A stretch of 64,000 bases of DNA from Geobacter sp. (GCA_016177775.1 JACOUQ010000017.1:1-64000), one strand, 5' to 3'. Positions 44,831 through 55,993 are shown, numbered from the stretch's first letter. Numbers and translations are program-made. The notes: generated from the sequence alone by a model not told the origin.

Positions 44831-45817
44831 TCAGGATTTCGGTTTCATTTGCAGATACTCCCCATTCACCACATTGACCGGGCTACCGGCGACAAACGCC
44901 TCCACATTGGCAACGGTCCTGGCCATGAGGCGCTTGCGGGCTTCGAGGCTAGCCCAGGCGATGTGGGGGGTGATTATGCAGTTGCGGGCGGAGAGCAGGG
45001 GATTATTGGCGTGAATCGGCTCGGCGGATACCACATCGACCGCGGCGCCGGCAATTACCCCGCCGTTCAGGGCATCGGCCAGGTCGGCCTCGTTGATCAG
45101 CCCCCCCCGTGCGGTATTGATGAGAAAGGCGGAGGGCTTCATGCAGGAGAGGAGTTCGCGGTTGACGAAACCCGCGTTGTCGGAGGTCAGGGGACAATGG
45201 AGGCTGATGACGTCTGCCTCTACGAATAGCTCGGAGAGGCCGGTCCAGGTAACCGGGAGCAGCGGGGGCGCGGTTTTGGCGCGCGGGGCGAACACGAGAA
45301 TTTCCATTCCCAGGGCATGGGCGATGGCGGCGGTCTTGCGACCGATATTTCCGAAACCGACCAGCCCCAGTTTCTTCCCGGCAAGTTCCACGAGCGGCAC
45401 CTTCCAGAAGCAGAAGTCATGGGATTTCCCCCATTCGCCCCCCTTTGCCGCCCCGTCGTGCAGGCCGACATGATTGGTCAGCTCCAGAAGGAGCGCGATG
45501 ACGTGTTGGGCAACGGCATCAGAGCCGTATTCCGGGACATTGGCCACCGGAATGCCCCGCCGGCCTGCGGCAGCGGCATCGACCACGTTGTAACCCGTGG
45601 CGGTGACAGCGATGAAGCGAAGGTTGGGGAGTTTTTCCAAGGCGGCTGCGTCAATGACTGCCTTGTTTGTAATGAGGACATCTGCAGGGAAAGCGCGGTC
45701 GATAAGGAGGCCCGGCGGGGTACGGTCATGAACGGTCAACTCTCCCAGACGCGCCAAGCCGTCCCAGGGGTTATCGCCGGGGTTGAGGGTAAAGCCGTCA
45801 AGCACAACGATCCGCAT
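44831..45817 (-). CDS. D-isomer-specific 2-hydroxyacid dehydrogenase (glycerate dehydrogenase-like)
   Basis: NAD-binding GxGxxG (LGLVGFGNIGRKTA). Catalytic region matches the 2-HADH family. Confidence 0.8.
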   Translation of the reverse strand: MRIVVLDGFTLNPGDNPWDGLARLGELTVHDRTPPGLLIDRAFPADVLITNKAVIDAAALEKLPNLRFIAVTATGYNVVDAAAAGRRGIPVANVPEYGSDAVAQHVIALLLELTNHVGLHDGAAKGGEWGKSHDFCFWKVPLVELAGKKLGLVGFGNIGRKTAAIAHALGMEILVFAPRAKTAPPLLPVTWTGLSELFVEADVISLHCPLTSDNAGFVNRELLSCMKPSAFLINTARGGLINEADLADALNGGVIAGAAVDVVSAEPIHANNPLLSARNCIITPHIAWASLEARKRLMARTVANVEAFVAGSPVNVVNGEYLQMKPKS

Positions 45818-45841
45818 GGGAGACCTCCTCTTTTCTGACGA

Positions 45842-46717
45842 TTAGCCCCTTTTCAGCCCTTCCACCAATTCAATGCAGGCATCAGCCTTGTTCAGGGTGT
45901 AGAGATGCACGCCGGGTGCGCCGCTGTCCAGGAGGTCCTGCACCTGGCGACGGGCGTAGTCGATGCCGAGCGCCTGGACCGCCGGCGGCCCTCCTGTGGC
46001 GTTGGCTTCCTCAAGGGATTCGATGAATACAGCGGGCAGATGGGCGCCGCACAGCGATGTGATCCGCTTGATGAGGGAGAGGTTGAAGATCGGCATAACG
46101 CCGGGAATGATCGGCTTCTGGATACCGGCTTCCCGAGCGCGGGCGACAAAGTCCCAGTAGAAGGTGTTGTCGAAGAAGAGTTGGGTGACAATGAAATCGC
46201 CGCCGTGGTCGAGCTTTTCCTTGAGATAGCGGAGGTCGTCCGTGCGGCACGGGGCTTCGGGGTGCCCTTCCGGATAGCCGGCCACGCCGATGCCGATGTC
46301 GGCGTGCTGCTGCCGAACGAACTGGACCAGGTCAGCGGCATAGCAGAAATCGTATGCATCAGAAAAGAAATCGCGTTCCCCCTGCGGGGGGTCACCACGT
46401 AGCGCCAGGAGGTTTTCCACGCCGGCATCGAGAAGGTGCGATACAAATTCCTCAATGGTGGCGACAGAGGCGCCGACACATGTCAGGTGCGCCATCGGCT
46501 CCAGGCCATATTCATTCTTCATGCGCGAAACGATCTCCAGGGTGAACGCCTGGGTGCTCCCGCCGGCGCCGTAGGTAACGGAGACGAACAGGGGGTCAAC
46601 GGACTTCAGCCGCTCAACAACATCGAAGAAGGCTGGCCAGTCAGCCCGTTCCTTGGGTGGAAAGAACTCGAGGGAAATGAATTTCGGCTGTTTGTGAATG
46701 AGGTCGATAATCCTCAC
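45842..46717 (-). CDS. metF: 5,10-methylenetetrahydrofolate reductase
   Basis: ISLEFFPPK..., VSVTYGAGGST, LTCVGAS and RGDPP are MetF signatures. Confidence 0.85.
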   Translation of the reverse strand: MRIIDLIHKQPKFISLEFFPPKERADWPAFFDVVERLKSVDPLFVSVTYGAGGSTQAFTLEIVSRMKNEYGLEPMAHLTCVGASVATIEEFVSHLLDAGVENLLALRGDPPQGERDFFSDAYDFCYAADLVQFVRQQHADIGIGVAGYPEGHPEAPCRTDDLRYLKEKLDHGGDFIVTQLFFDNTFYWDFVARAREAGIQKPIIPGVMPIFNLSLIKRITSLCGAHLPAVFIESLEEANATGGPPAVQALGIDYARRQVQDLLDSGAPGVHLYTLNKADACIELVEGLKRG

Positions 46718-46738
46718 GAATGGTTCCTTTCAGTGCAT

Positions 46739-48085
46739 CTAACGCTTGATACGTCGCTTGAGTTTTCGCATGTCCATGATGCCGCCATGCTGGCTGTGAC
46801 AATCATCGCAGTGGAGCGCCTCGATCTTGGGCGCAACCTGGTGGTTGATGGAAACAACGACCGTTTCTTCCACGGTCTGCAGGCGGCCGCTGAACTGCTG
46901 CCCGGACTCCTCGGCCCCCTTGCGGGCCGCGGCCATGATATCACCAGTTGTTGCATATACGGCGCTGTTCAGGTTGACTGGCTTGCCGGTGGCGGCATCG
47001 GCCGGGACCTTCACCACAGTCTTTTTCCAGGGATAGAGCTTGGCCCGGTGATCGAGGGACGCCCCCTCCCCTTCGGGGATGCCGCCTGCTTCGCGGTTCC
47101 ACCAACGGTACTCCGGGCGGACTTTGCCGGCCAGCTTTACAGCCGGGACGTAAAGGCCGGTTTTGGGATCAAGGACTGGCGTGGTCCAGTCAAGCTCTAC
47201 CAGAGTGGGCATGGCCGGGTCGCGGGCTATGAAGGGGATGTGGCAGGTCTGACAGGCGAGCCGTTCGCAGTGCCTGTTCAGCAGCTCGCCGCTCTCCCCC
47301 TTGTGCGGGGAATCGGTATGGCAGTTGTCGCAGGCGACCCTGGTCTCCGGCGACTCCTGCGCCTTCAGGTCCGCTCCGCCTGCTATCTTGTGCTGCTTTG
47401 TCGTGTGGCACTCCGTGCAGCTCATGTCCATTGATGCGTGGAGGTCGCTCTCCGCGGTGGGGACCACGCCGTTGTAATAGTTCGGCCCGCCACCGGCATT
47501 GGCATGGCAGCGAAGGCACATTTCGGGGGTGGGCTTTCTGGCGCCGCGCGCGGACTTCAACGGATCCACGCCGGGGGCCGGGACAAGTCGAAAGTTGACC
47601 CCGCGCACCTCGGTCACCTTCTCGACCTTTTTCCCCTTCTTGATCTCCCTCTCCACCCGGATCTCTTCCTTTGCCACTGTGCGCCCATAGTCCGGCGCAT
47701 GGCAAATCAGGCAGTCCACATTGGCAGCATCGGCTTCAGGCGCCTGGCCCGGCCTGGCACCGCGTCCGGCATGGCAGCGAACGCATCCGTCGGGCTGTGC
47801 CGGTTTGGTCGGGTCCTTGGGCTGAAGCATTCCGATCCAGTTGGAGCCGGCGGCCGTGGTGGCAGAGCCGCAGAGTCCGGCGGAAGGGGAAAGCACGCCG
47901 CTCACCTTGTAGTGGAGGCTTGCCGTCACTTCAGCGGCAGCGGCGTCGTGACATTCACCGCAGGTTTTGGCCCCTTCGTACGCCCCGATCTCCTCGTGCA
48001 TCTGATTGGCGGCCGGAACCGTTCTGGCCGCGCCCAGCATAATGCCGACAGTAATAACAGCTGCAAAAAAGGTACGCATCAACAT
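46739..48085 (-). CDS. octaheme c-type cytochrome (periplasmic, signal peptide)
   Basis: Eight CxxCH motifs (CGECH, CVRCH, CLICH, CLRCH, CTECH, CDNCH, CQTCH, CDDCH). N-terminal signal sequence MLMRTFFAAVITVGIMLGAARTVPA. Confidence 0.85.
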   Translation of the reverse strand: MLMRTFFAAVITVGIMLGAARTVPAANQMHEEIGAYEGAKTCGECHDAAAAEVTASLHYKVSGVLSPSAGLCGSATTAAGSNWIGMLQPKDPTKPAQPDGCVRCHAGRGARPGQAPEADAANVDCLICHAPDYGRTVAKEEIRVEREIKKGKKVEKVTEVRGVNFRLVPAPGVDPLKSARGARKPTPEMCLRCHANAGGGPNYYNGVVPTAESDLHASMDMSCTECHTTKQHKIAGGADLKAQESPETRVACDNCHTDSPHKGESGELLNRHCERLACQTCHIPFIARDPAMPTLVELDWTTPVLDPKTGLYVPAVKLAGKVRPEYRWWNREAGGIPEGEGASLDHRAKLYPWKKTVVKVPADAATGKPVNLNSAVYATTGDIMAAARKGAEESGQQFSGRLQTVEETVVVSINHQVAPKIEALHCDDCHSQHGGIMDMRKLKRRIKR

Positions 48086-48111
48086 GGCAACCCCCGGCAA
48101 CGTGATGGGAA

Positions 48112-48141
48112 ATTATATTTATTCCTTTCCCGCAATGTCAA
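48112..48141 (-). promoter_or_regulatory. consensus sigma70 promoter (TTGACA-18-TATAAT) driving the cytochrome-metF transcription unit
   Basis: Minus strand: TTGACA 48141-48136, TATAAT 48117-48112. Confidence 0.5.
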
Positions 48142-48183
48142 TAATGAAAAATTACTATATTACAAAACATCCCCGAAACGGAC

Positions 48184-48214
48184 AAAAAAGGCCGCGCCGG
48201 TTGTCCGGGCGGCC
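48184..48214 (-). terminator. rho-independent terminator of rpoD
   Basis: Minus strand: hairpin AGGCCGCCCGGacaaCCGGCGCGGCCU followed by UUUUUUGU. Confidence 0.5.
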
Positions 48215-48271
48215 TGCCTTGCCGATGGGTTCATGTGCACAAAGAACCATGCGATAAGCGCCCCCATGGGA

Positions 48272-50032
48272 TTACTCCACGAAACTCTTCAATTTTTTGG
48301 CCCGGCTGGGATGGCGCAGTTTCCTGAGGGCCTTGGCCTCGATCTGGCGGATCCGCTCTCGGGTAACCTCGAAGTCCTGGCCCACCTCCTCCAGGGTATG
48401 GTCGCTCTTTTCGCCGATGCCGAAACGCATCCGCAGGACCTTTTCCTCGCGGGGGGTGAGGGTGGATAGGACGCGGGAGGTCTGCTCCGAGAGATTCGCC
48501 TTGATCACCGCCTCCAAGGGGGAGACCACACCCTTGTCCTCGATGAAGTCCCCAAGGTGGGAATCCTCCTCCTCGCCAATGGGGGTTTCCAGCGAAATCG
48601 GCTCCTTGGCGATCTTCAGAACCTTGCGAACCTTGTCCAGCGGCAGTTCCATCCGCTCGGCGATCTCTTCGGGAGTCGGCTCGCGGCCGATCTCCTGCAC
48701 CAGCTGGCGGCTGGTGCGGATCAGCTTGTTGATGGTCTCGATCATGTGGACCGGGATCCGGATGGTGCGGGCCTGGTCGGCAATGGCCCGGGTGATCGCC
48801 TGCCTGATCCACCAGGTGGCATAGGTGGAGAATTTGTAACCGCGCTGGTACTCGAACTTGTCCACCGCCTTCATCAGGCCGATGTTCCCCTCCTGGATCA
48901 GGTCGAGAAACTGGAGGCCCCGGTTGGTGTACTTCTTGGCGATGGAGACCACCAGGCGCAAGTTCGCCTCGATCAACTCGATCTTGGCATCCTTTGCCTT
49001 GTATTCCCCCTCGGCAATCGCCTTGACCGCGGCATCCAGTTCGCCTGCCTTGAAGCCCGACTCCTGCTCGACCTTGTCCAGCTTTTTCTGCAATGCCCGG
49101 AAGCGCTTTTCAAGCTTCTGGGCTTCCTCTAGGGTCATCTGGAGCTTTTTCAGGGCCTTCTTTTCCTCTGCCGAGCCCTTGTGCACCTGGGTCAGAAGCC
49201 CTTCCAGCTCTTCCAGCGGGACGTTCGCCTCCTTTTCCAGGTCCTTATGTTCAGCGGTGATCTGGACCACCTTGCCGGAGAGCTCCTTGAGGCGCTCAGC
49301 CACCTTGGCGATATGCTTGTCCCTGAGACGAAGCGAACGGAGGAGCTCGGCGGTCTTTACCTTCACTTCCTGCAACTCCTCGTCCTTCTTTTTCAATTCC
49401 TTTGCCGGGAGCTTCCCTGATTCGAGAGCATCATGAATGGCGCCCATCGCCTCGTCGCAGGCCCTGATCTCGTCGATTACCTCCAGGAAACGGATTTTCT
49501 GGACGTCCTCCTCATCCTCCTCCAGGACCTCCTCTTCGGCCTCCTTGGATATTTCGACCGGACTGATCTGGAATTTGCGCAGTTGCTCGCCGAGATTGAT
49601 GACCTCCTTGACCGTGATCGGCGTATTGAGGATGACGCCAGCCACGTCCCGATCACCTTCCTCGATCCGCTTGGCGATCTCCACCTCCCCCTCACGGGTG
49701 AGGAGCGACACCGACCCCATCTCGCGCAGATACATCCGGACCGGATCGCTGGTGCGTCCCAGGGTGCCGGGCTCAAACTCCATCTCCTCGGCCTCGCTCT
49801 CCCCCTCTTCCTCTTCCTCGAGATCCAGCTTCATCTTCGGGATTTTCACCTTCTGAGCGGAATCGACTATCTCGATGTCCATCTCACCGAACATGCTCAT
49901 GACGTCATCTATCTGCTCGGATGAGAGTATGTCCGGAGGTAGCAGGTCATTGACCTCGTCGTAGGTAAGGAACCCTTTCTCCTTCCCGAGATCGATGAGC
50001 TGCTTCATGTCGCCTACACTTTTCTTGGCCAT
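48272..50032 (-). CDS. rpoD: RNA polymerase sigma factor RpoD (sigma70)
   Basis: Regions 1.1 to 4.2 all present ([53 protein letters not shown]). Start at [13 protein letters not shown]. Confidence 0.95.
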   Translation of the reverse strand: MAKKSVGDMKQLIDLGKEKGFLTYDEVNDLLPPDILSSEQIDDVMSMFGEMDIEIVDSAQKVKIPKMKLDLEEEEEGESEAEEMEFEPGTLGRTSDPVRMYLREMGSVSLLTREGEVEIAKRIEEGDRDVAGVILNTPITVKEVINLGEQLRKFQISPVEISKEAEEEVLEEDEEDVQKIRFLEVIDEIRACDEAMGAIHDALESGKLPAKELKKKDEELQEVKVKTAELLRSLRLRDKHIAKVAERLKELSGKVVQITAEHKDLEKEANVPLEELEGLLTQVHKGSAEEKKALKKLQMTLEEAQKLEKRFRALQKKLDKVEQESGFKAGELDAAVKAIAEGEYKAKDAKIELIEANLRLVVSIAKKYTNRGLQFLDLIQEGNIGLMKAVDKFEYQRGYKFSTYATWWIRQAITRAIADQARTIRIPVHMIETINKLIRTSRQLVQEIGREPTPEEIAERMELPLDKVRKVLKIAKEPISLETPIGEEEDSHLGDFIEDKGVVSPLEAVIKANLSEQTSRVLSTLTPREEKVLRMRFGIGEKSDHTLEEVGQDFEVTRERIRQIEAKALRKLRHPSRAKKLKSFVE

Positions 50033-50086
50033 CCACTTCACCCCTACCCCGCCCGGAATTGCCGAGCGGAACATGACTGTTACTAG

Positions 50087-51847
50087 TTAATGTAATTGCG
50101 ATTTTTTATTTCGCAAGTTGTCGAGCATTTTTAATATCTGCCAGTACTCCGCGCTTTCCGAATCAAGCTGCGCCAGCTGCCGCTTCAGCTCCTTCATCTC
50201 CACCAGCGCCGACTTCTCCCGACTCAGCCGGCAGTCGTTGAACGCGCGGTTGGCATCGATCTCCTCCAGGTGGGCATCGTCCACCAGGAGCGCGGCCAGG
50301 CGCTGCCGCTCTTCCTCGGAGCCAGCTTGGGCCAGCACCCGCGTCCAGTCGGGCTCGCCGGTCTCCGTCATCATTGCCAGAACAGACCTGGCAATAGGAA
50401 GAAGGTCAATCGAGAAGAGGCTCTCCACCCCGTGCTCCGCCACCTTGCGCGCCACGTCGGGGAATTTCCCCATGAGCATGAGGAGCATCTCCTCCGGCCC
50501 CGCAGCCGGCTTCCGCCCCGCAGTGCGTGGCGCAACAAGATCGGCGGCGGCAATCGGCCGGCGGCCGAGCCTGGCACGCAGAAGGCCCTCATCCACGCCG
50601 AGAACACGGGATATCTCCCGCACATACAGGTCCCGCTCGATGCTGTTGCCGATCTTCAGCAGGACCGGGGTCAGTTCCTCGATCACCCGGACCTTCCCCT
50701 CGACCCCGCGCATGTCGCGGGTCTTCAGCAGGTCACGGAAGAAATACTCGATGATGGGCTGCGCCTGTTCAAGCCGTTGCCCGAAGGCGGTAATTCCGTG
50801 GGTGCGGACGAAACTGTCCGGATCCTCTCCCGCTGCCAGCTCCACCACTGCCGCCGGAAACCCGGCCTCAAGAAAAAGCTCCATGGCGCGGAAGGTCGCC
50901 TTTTTCCCCGCCTTGTCCGCGTCGAACAGGGCATAGGCCTTGGCGGCATAACGCCTGAGAAGCTGAATATGCCCGGTGGTCAACGCCGTGCCGCAGGTGG
51001 CGACAACGTTTCGCACCCCGGCCTGGTAGAGGGCCAGATGGTCGAAGTACCCCTCCACAATCAGCGCCCCTCCCTGCTCGCGCATCGCCTGCTTGGCAAG
51101 GTCGATCCCGAACAGGACGTCGCTCTTGTGGTAGATGGGGGACTCGGGCGAATTTATGTACTTGGGGAGCGAATCGTCCAGCACCCTCCCGCCGAAGGCG
51201 ATGGGCCGGCCGTGCACGTCCCTGATGGTGAACAACAGGCGATTGCGGAAGAGATCGTACCATCCTCCGCTTTCCTTCTTTCGCACCAGCCCCAGCTTGG
51301 CAGCCAGCTCCAGCGGGACCCGTTTCCCCTCAAGAAAACGGACCAGCCCGTCCCATCGGTCAGTGGCGAAGCCCAGCCGATAGGCTGCCGCAATCTCCTG
51401 CGTTACGCCGCGCCGTTCTAGGTAGCCGCGTCCCGGCTCCCCGGCCGGCTCGTCTGTGAGCACGCGCCGAAAATAATTGCAGGCAAGCTCGCAGACCCTA
51501 TAGAAAAGCTCCCGCTCGTCGGCGTGACGCTTTTCCGTTGCTGACTGAGGCCGATCCTCAATCTGCACCCCGACACGTTTTGCCAGAAAATTGACCGCTT
51601 CGGGGAAGGAGAGTCCTTCCAACTTCATGACGAAGTCGATGGCGTCTCCGCCGACGCCGCAGCCAAAGCAGTGGAATATCCCCTTGGCCGGGTTCACGTT
51701 GAACGACGGCGTCTTTTCCTGGTGAAACGGGCAGAGGCCGAGCCAGTTGCTCCCGGATCGCTTCAGGCTCACCTGTTCCGAAACCACGTCCAGGATGGAA
51801 GCCCGCTCACGGACCTCGCGCACCTTATCGTCGGGGATGTTGGTCAT
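50087..51847 (-). CDS. dnaG: DNA primase DnaG
   Basis: Zinc-binding CPFHQEKTPSFNVNPAKGIFHCFGCG. TOPRIM domain (EGYFD). Sits between cvpA and rpoD. Confidence 0.95.
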   Translation of the reverse strand: MTNIPDDKVREVRERASILDVVSEQVSLKRSGSNWLGLCPFHQEKTPSFNVNPAKGIFHCFGCGVGGDAIDFVMKLEGLSFPEAVNFLAKRVGVQIEDRPQSATEKRHADERELFYRVCELACNYFRRVLTDEPAGEPGRGYLERRGVTQEIAAAYRLGFATDRWDGLVRFLEGKRVPLELAAKLGLVRKKESGGWYDLFRNRLLFTIRDVHGRPIAFGGRVLDDSLPKYINSPESPIYHKSDVLFGIDLAKQAMREQGGALIVEGYFDHLALYQAGVRNVVATCGTALTTGHIQLLRRYAAKAYALFDADKAGKKATFRAMELFLEAGFPAAVVELAAGEDPDSFVRTHGITAFGQRLEQAQPIIEYFFRDLLKTRDMRGVEGKVRVIEELTPVLLKIGNSIERDLYVREISRVLGVDEGLLRARLGRRPIAAADLVAPRTAGRKPAAGPEEMLLMLMGKFPDVARKVAEHGVESLFSIDLLPIARSVLAMMTETGEPDWTRVLAQAGSEEERQRLAALLVDDAHLEEIDANRAFNDCRLSREKSALVEMKELKRQLAQLDSESAEYWQILKMLDNLRNKKSQLH

Positions 51848-51880
51848 AATCCAATAAAAATATCCAATGACCGCAGCCGG

Positions 51881-52390
51881 CTATTTGCGGGCTGCGGCGC
51901 CCCCAGAGAGTTGCACCTCGCTCTCCCAACCGGTCACGATCTCCCTGCCGCAGGCGATGAGCGGCGCGGCCCCTTTGCTCTGTCCCAGCTTCACCTTCAG
52001 CTTCTCCGGCATCGGCTTGGTGGTCCCAAGGTACAGCAGGATGCAGAGAACCAGCCCCCCTTGCAGCAGTCCGAACGCCACCCCGCCGATGCGGTTGATG
52101 CCGCCCAGCATGGCTATCTTGAATACCGCCGTCAGCAGATGTCCCAGGAGCAAAAAAAGGATTCCGACCGCCAGAAAGATGAGGACAAACGAGACAATCG
52201 TGGCCACTGCCTGAGGGAGGTGGATATAGGGGCGCAGAGCGCTCCCCAGGAACGGGTAGTACTTGAAAGCTGCCCAGCTCCCCATGACGAGGCCGAGAAG
52301 CGAACAAACCTCCCGCACCAGCCCCTTCAGGAACCCCTTGACCGCGAACAGGAGGAGCACCAGGATGGTCAGTATATCGATAAAGTTCAT
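51881..52390 (-). CDS. cvpA: CvpA-family membrane protein (colicin V production protein homologue)
   Basis: MNFIDILTILVLLLFAVKGFLKGLVREV... matches the CvpA N-terminus. Confidence 0.8.
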   Translation of the reverse strand: MNFIDILTILVLLLFAVKGFLKGLVREVCSLLGLVMGSWAAFKYYPFLGSALRPYIHLPQAVATIVSFVLIFLAVGILFLLLGHLLTAVFKIAMLGGINRIGGVAFGLLQGGLVLCILLYLGTTKPMPEKLKVKLGQSKGAAPLIACGREIVTGWESEVQLSGGAAARK

Positions 52391-52533
52391 TGAGAACTCT
52401 TCGCAGGTATGAAGAATGCGCTCGGCTCCGCCTTGCGAACGAAGGAGGCTCCGAAAACGATGCAGGGCGCATGCTGCGCCCGTACATGAACAAGTGCCGA
52501 ATAAAGAAGGGGGAACCCGGTGAGTTCCCCTAT

Positions 52534-52977
52534 CTATGCCAGCTTCTGCCTGACGATTTCATTTACCAACCGACCGTCGGCACGTCCGGCGACCTTGGAC
52601 TTGAGGGCCTTCATCACTTTCCCCATGTCCTTGGCCCCTTGTGCGCCTGTTTCGGCAATGGCCTGCAACACCAGCTCACCGATCTCATCCTCCGTCAGCT
52701 GCTGGGGAAGGAATTCGAGAAGACAGAAGAGCTCGCGCTCCTCCTTCTCAGCGAGGTCGGCACGGCCCGCGTCAGAATAAACCTTGATGGATTCCTTGCG
52801 CTGCTTGACCAGAGACGCAATGACCTCCACGATACCTTGATCGTCGAGTTCCTTCTTCTGGTCGATCTCTTTGTTCCGGACAGCGGAGAGAATAAGGCGA
52901 ATGGATGAAAGCTTCAGGCTATCCCTGGCCTTCATGGCCGACTTCATCTCTTCCGACAATCTGGCACGCAGCGACAT
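52534..52977 (-). CDS. GatB/YqeY-domain protein
   Basis: LRARLSEEMKSAMKARDSLKLSSIRLILSAVRNKEID is the YqeY motif. Follows rpsU as in many bacteria. Confidence 0.8.
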   Translation of the reverse strand: MSLRARLSEEMKSAMKARDSLKLSSIRLILSAVRNKEIDQKKELDDQGIVEVIASLVKQRKESIKVYSDAGRADLAEKEERELFCLLEFLPQQLTEDEIGELVLQAIAETGAQGAKDMGKVMKALKSKVAGRADGRLVNEIVRQKLA

Positions 52978-52997
52978 TGGACCATCCCGTACAGAAA

Positions 52998-53195
52998 TTA
53001 TTCCATCATCTTGCGCTGCTTCTTGAGCGCACGCTTGCGGGCGGCAATAGCCTTCTTTTTCCGCTTGATACTCGGCTTTTCGTAGTGCTCGCGCTTACGG
53101 ACTTCGGACAGAACGCCCGCCTTTTCACACTGCTTCTTGAACTTTTTCAGCGCAAGCTCGAAGGGTTCAGCTTCTTTGACCTTTACTCCCGGCAT
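52998..53195 (-). CDS. rpsU: 30S ribosomal protein S21
   Basis: [27 protein letters not shown]...[22 protein letters not shown]. Strong GGAGGGAGGGG RBS. The listed 38-aa extension is rejected. Confidence 0.9.
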   Translation of the reverse strand: MPGVKVKEAEPFELALKKFKKQCEKAGVLSEVRKREHYEKPSIKRKKKAIAARKRALKKQRKMME

Positions 53196-53344
53196 CCATA
53201 TTCCCCTCCCTCCTGTGGCAAATTTGTATCCCAACAGAAATACTACGCCGGCTGTACCCATGGCAAACCTGTGCCATGAACGTTGCATGATACCATGACA
53301 TGTCAACATGTCAAGAGCTTTTTAGTCTTTCCGGGTAGTTTCGT

Positions 53345-53668
53345 TCAGGCGGGGCGGGAATTCTTCTCCTCTATGCCGGAAATGCCGAAGCGGCGGCGCA
53401 GTTCCGCATAGACCTCATCGGGGGGAATATCCCGGTAACCGAGAAGAACGAGGGTATGAAAGAAAAGATCGGCCACCTCATAGACCAGTTCTTCGCGGGT
53501 CCCCCCCTTGCCGGCAATGACCACCTCGGTCGCCTCTTCGCCGACCTTTTTGAGGATTTTGTCGAGTCCCTTGGCAAAAAGAGATGCAGTGTAGGAGGTG
53601 TCGGAGGGGTTCAGCTTCCGCTCCTGGATGACGCCGTAGACGGCTCTGAGAATATCAACTTCTTGCAT
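53345..53668 (-). CDS. hisE: phosphoribosyl-ATP pyrophosphohydrolase
   Basis: [16 protein letters not shown]...[17 protein letters not shown] is the HisE signature. Confidence 0.85.
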   Translation of the reverse strand: MQEVDILRAVYGVIQERKLNPSDTSYTASLFAKGLDKILKKVGEEATEVVIAGKGGTREELVYEVADLFFHTLVLLGYRDIPPDEVYAELRRRFGISGIEEKNSRPA

Positions 53669-53680
53669 TGTCTTGTTCCT

Positions 53681-54442
53681 TTAAAGCCTTACCGGCACAC
53701 CTTTTCCACGAAGATACTCCTTCGCCTCCCGGACGGTATACTCCTTGTAGTGGAAGATGGATGCGGCAAGGCAGGCGCTCGCCCCGCCGGCGGTGAATCC
53801 TTCGTACAAGTGCTCCAGGTTACCGACACCGCCGGAGGCGATAACCGGGATGGAAACCGCATCGGCCACAGCTCGGGTGAGCGCAAGGTCATAACCGTCT
53901 TTGGTGCCGTCCCGGTCCATGCTGGTGAGGAGAATTTCTCCCGACCCGTAACTCTCCATCCGCACAGCCCATTCCACGGCATCGATCCCGGTCGGTCGGC
54001 GGCCGCCGTGGGTATAGACCTCCCAGCGATCCTCGCCCGGCACCCGGCGGGCGTCTATGGCCACCACCGTGCACTGGGAACCGAACCGCTCAGCGGCCTC
54101 GCGCACAAATTCGGGACGCTGCACCGCAGCGGTATTTATGGAAACCTTGTCGGCCCCGGCATTGAGCATCCGCCTGATATCATCAACAGTGCGGATGCCG
54201 CCGCCGACTGTCAGCGGCATGAATACCCGCTCCGCGGCCTTGCGCACCACTTCGACCATGGTTTCCCGCTCGTCGGAGGAAGCAGTGATATCCAGAAAGG
54301 TCAGTTCGTCCGCTCCCTGCTGATCGTACAGCTCGGCGATCTCCACGGGGTCACCAGCATCGCGCAGCTCCAGAAACTGGACCCCCTTGACCACCCGGCC
54401 GCCGGTAACGTCGAGACAGGGGATGATGCGTTTGGTCAACAT
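53681..54442 (-). CDS. hisF: imidazole glycerol phosphate synthase cyclase subunit HisF
   Basis: [28 protein letters not shown] and INTAAV. Confidence 0.95.
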   Translation of the reverse strand: MLTKRIIPCLDVTGGRVVKGVQFLELRDAGDPVEIAELYDQQGADELTFLDITASSDERETMVEVVRKAAERVFMPLTVGGGIRTVDDIRRMLNAGADKVSINTAAVQRPEFVREAAERFGSQCTVVAIDARRVPGEDRWEVYTHGGRRPTGIDAVEWAVRMESYGSGEILLTSMDRDGTKDGYDLALTRAVADAVSIPVIASGGVGNLEHLYEGFTAGGASACLAASIFHYKEYTVREAKEYLRGKGVPVRL

Positions 54443-54443
54443 G

Positions 54444-55172
54444 TTACCCCCCCTTTGTCAGAGATACGGCCTCGGTGAGGTCGATGGCCCCTGTGTAGAC
54501 CGCCTTGCCGGTGATAACCCCGGTGACCCCGCTCGACTCGATGGCCATGAGGTTCTCGATGTCCCGGATGGACGAAACCCCGCCGGAGGCGATGACCGGG
54601 ATGGAGATCGCCTCTGCCAAAGCGCACGTTGCCTCGATGTTCGGTCCCTGCATCATGCCGTCCCGACTGATGTCGGTATAGATGATGGCCGCCACGCCGT
54701 ATCCCTCGAAGCGCCTGGCCAAGTCCACGGCTGTGACGTCGGTCACCTCGGCCCACCCCTGCACCGCCACCATCCCGTTCTTGGCGTCGATACCGACCAC
54801 GATCCGGCCGGGGAAAAGCCGGCACGCCTCCTCGACGAGCTCGGGGTTGCGCTGCGCGGCAGTGCCCAGGATGACGCGGGAAAGCCCCAGATCGAGATAG
54901 GCCCGAATAGTCTCGATGTCGCGAATGCCGCCGCCGAGCTGGGCAGGAATCGATATGGCGGCGACGATCGCCTCGATTGCCCCCTTGTTTTTCGGCACTC
55001 CGGCAAAGGCGCCGTCCAGGTCGACGATGTGGAGCATCTCCGCGCCGGCCGCCTCCCATTTCCGGGCCTGTTCGGCCGGGTTGTCACAGAACACCGTATC
55101 GCGCTCCATCAGCCCCTGCTCGAGCCGGACGCATTTCCCTTCCTTCAGGTCAATGGCGGGAATTACTATCAT
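54444..55172 (-). CDS. hisA: 1-(5-phosphoribosyl)-5-[(5-phosphoribosylamino)methylideneamino]imidazole-4-carboxamide isomerase
   Basis: [17 protein letters not shown]... and DGAFAG are HisA motifs. Confidence 0.95.
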   Translation of the reverse strand: MIVIPAIDLKEGKCVRLEQGLMERDTVFCDNPAEQARKWEAAGAEMLHIVDLDGAFAGVPKNKGAIEAIVAAISIPAQLGGGIRDIETIRAYLDLGLSRVILGTAAQRNPELVEEACRLFPGRIVVGIDAKNGMVAVQGWAEVTDVTAVDLARRFEGYGVAAIIYTDISRDGMMQGPNIEATCALAEAISIPVIASGGVSSIRDIENLMAIESSGVTGVITGKAVYTGAIDLTEAVSLTKGG

Positions 55173-55278
55173 ATAAAACCTTTCAAATCAGTAACCACGG
55201 AGGCACGGAGAAAAACTTGCATGAAATCGTATTTCTGATTTTGCCTTTCTCTGTGTCTCCGTGTCTCCGTGGTGAATA

Positions 55279-55905
55279 TCATGCCTTTAATTCGCCGAAA
55301 TTTTTCAGAATCTTGAGCCCGATTTCCTGGGACTTCTCCGGATGGAATTGGGTGGCGACGATGTTATCCTTCCAGATGCTGGAACAGAACTCGATGCCAT
55401 AGTTCGTGGTGGTGGCGATGACCCCTTCGTCCTCGGGCTTCACGTAATAGGAGTGGACAAAATAAACGTTGCTCCCCTCCTCGATCCCGCTGAAAACCGG
55501 GGACTGCCGCCTGAAGCTGATCTGGTTCCACCCCATGTGCGGGACTTTCAGCTCTTCGCCGTTCTCCTCCATCTCCTCGGGGAAACGGACCACCCGGCCT
55601 GGGATGACGTCGAGCCCCTTGTGCAGGCCGAACTCCTCGCTCTCGGTGAAGAGGAGCTGTAGCCCCAGACAGATGCCGAGGAAAGGGCGGCCGTCCCGGA
55701 TCACCTTGAGGATCGGCTCGACGAACCCACCCTGCTCCAGGTTGCGCATGCAGTCGGCGAAGGCGCCGACACCGGGAAGCACGATCTTGTCAGCCTCCAG
55801 CACCACTTTCGGGTCCTGGGTCACGACGGCATCGAAGCCAACCTTCTCGAAACCCTTCTGAACGGAGCGGAGGTTTCCCATTCCGTAGTCTATGATTGCG
55901 ATCAT
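55279..55905 (-). CDS. hisH: imidazole glycerol phosphate synthase glutamine amidotransferase subunit HisH
   Basis: MIAIIDYGMGNLRSVQKGF... and GICLGLQLL (catalytic Cys). Confidence 0.95.
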   Translation of the reverse strand: MIAIIDYGMGNLRSVQKGFEKVGFDAVVTQDPKVVLEADKIVLPGVGAFADCMRNLEQGGFVEPILKVIRDGRPFLGICLGLQLLFTESEEFGLHKGLDVIPGRVVRFPEEMEENGEELKVPHMGWNQISFRRQSPVFSGIEEGSNVYFVHSYYVKPEDEGVIATTTNYGIEFCSSIWKDNIVATQFHPEKSQEIGLKILKNFGELKA

Positions 55906-55922
55906 GTTGCAAGCCTTTTGTA

Positions 55923-55980
55923 GGGGCGAGGCATGTCTCGCCCAATGTATTGCGTATTCAGGGCGACGCATGCGTCGCAC
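55923..55980. repeat. two intergenic palindromes between hisB and hisH: GGGGCGAGgcatgtCTCGCCC and GCGACGCATGCGTCGC (perfect 16-mer)
   Basis: The second shares the ACGCATGCGT core with the 12328-12397 array and the GTAGAGACG family. Confidence 0.5.
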
Positions 55981-55993
55981 CTACTAATTAACA

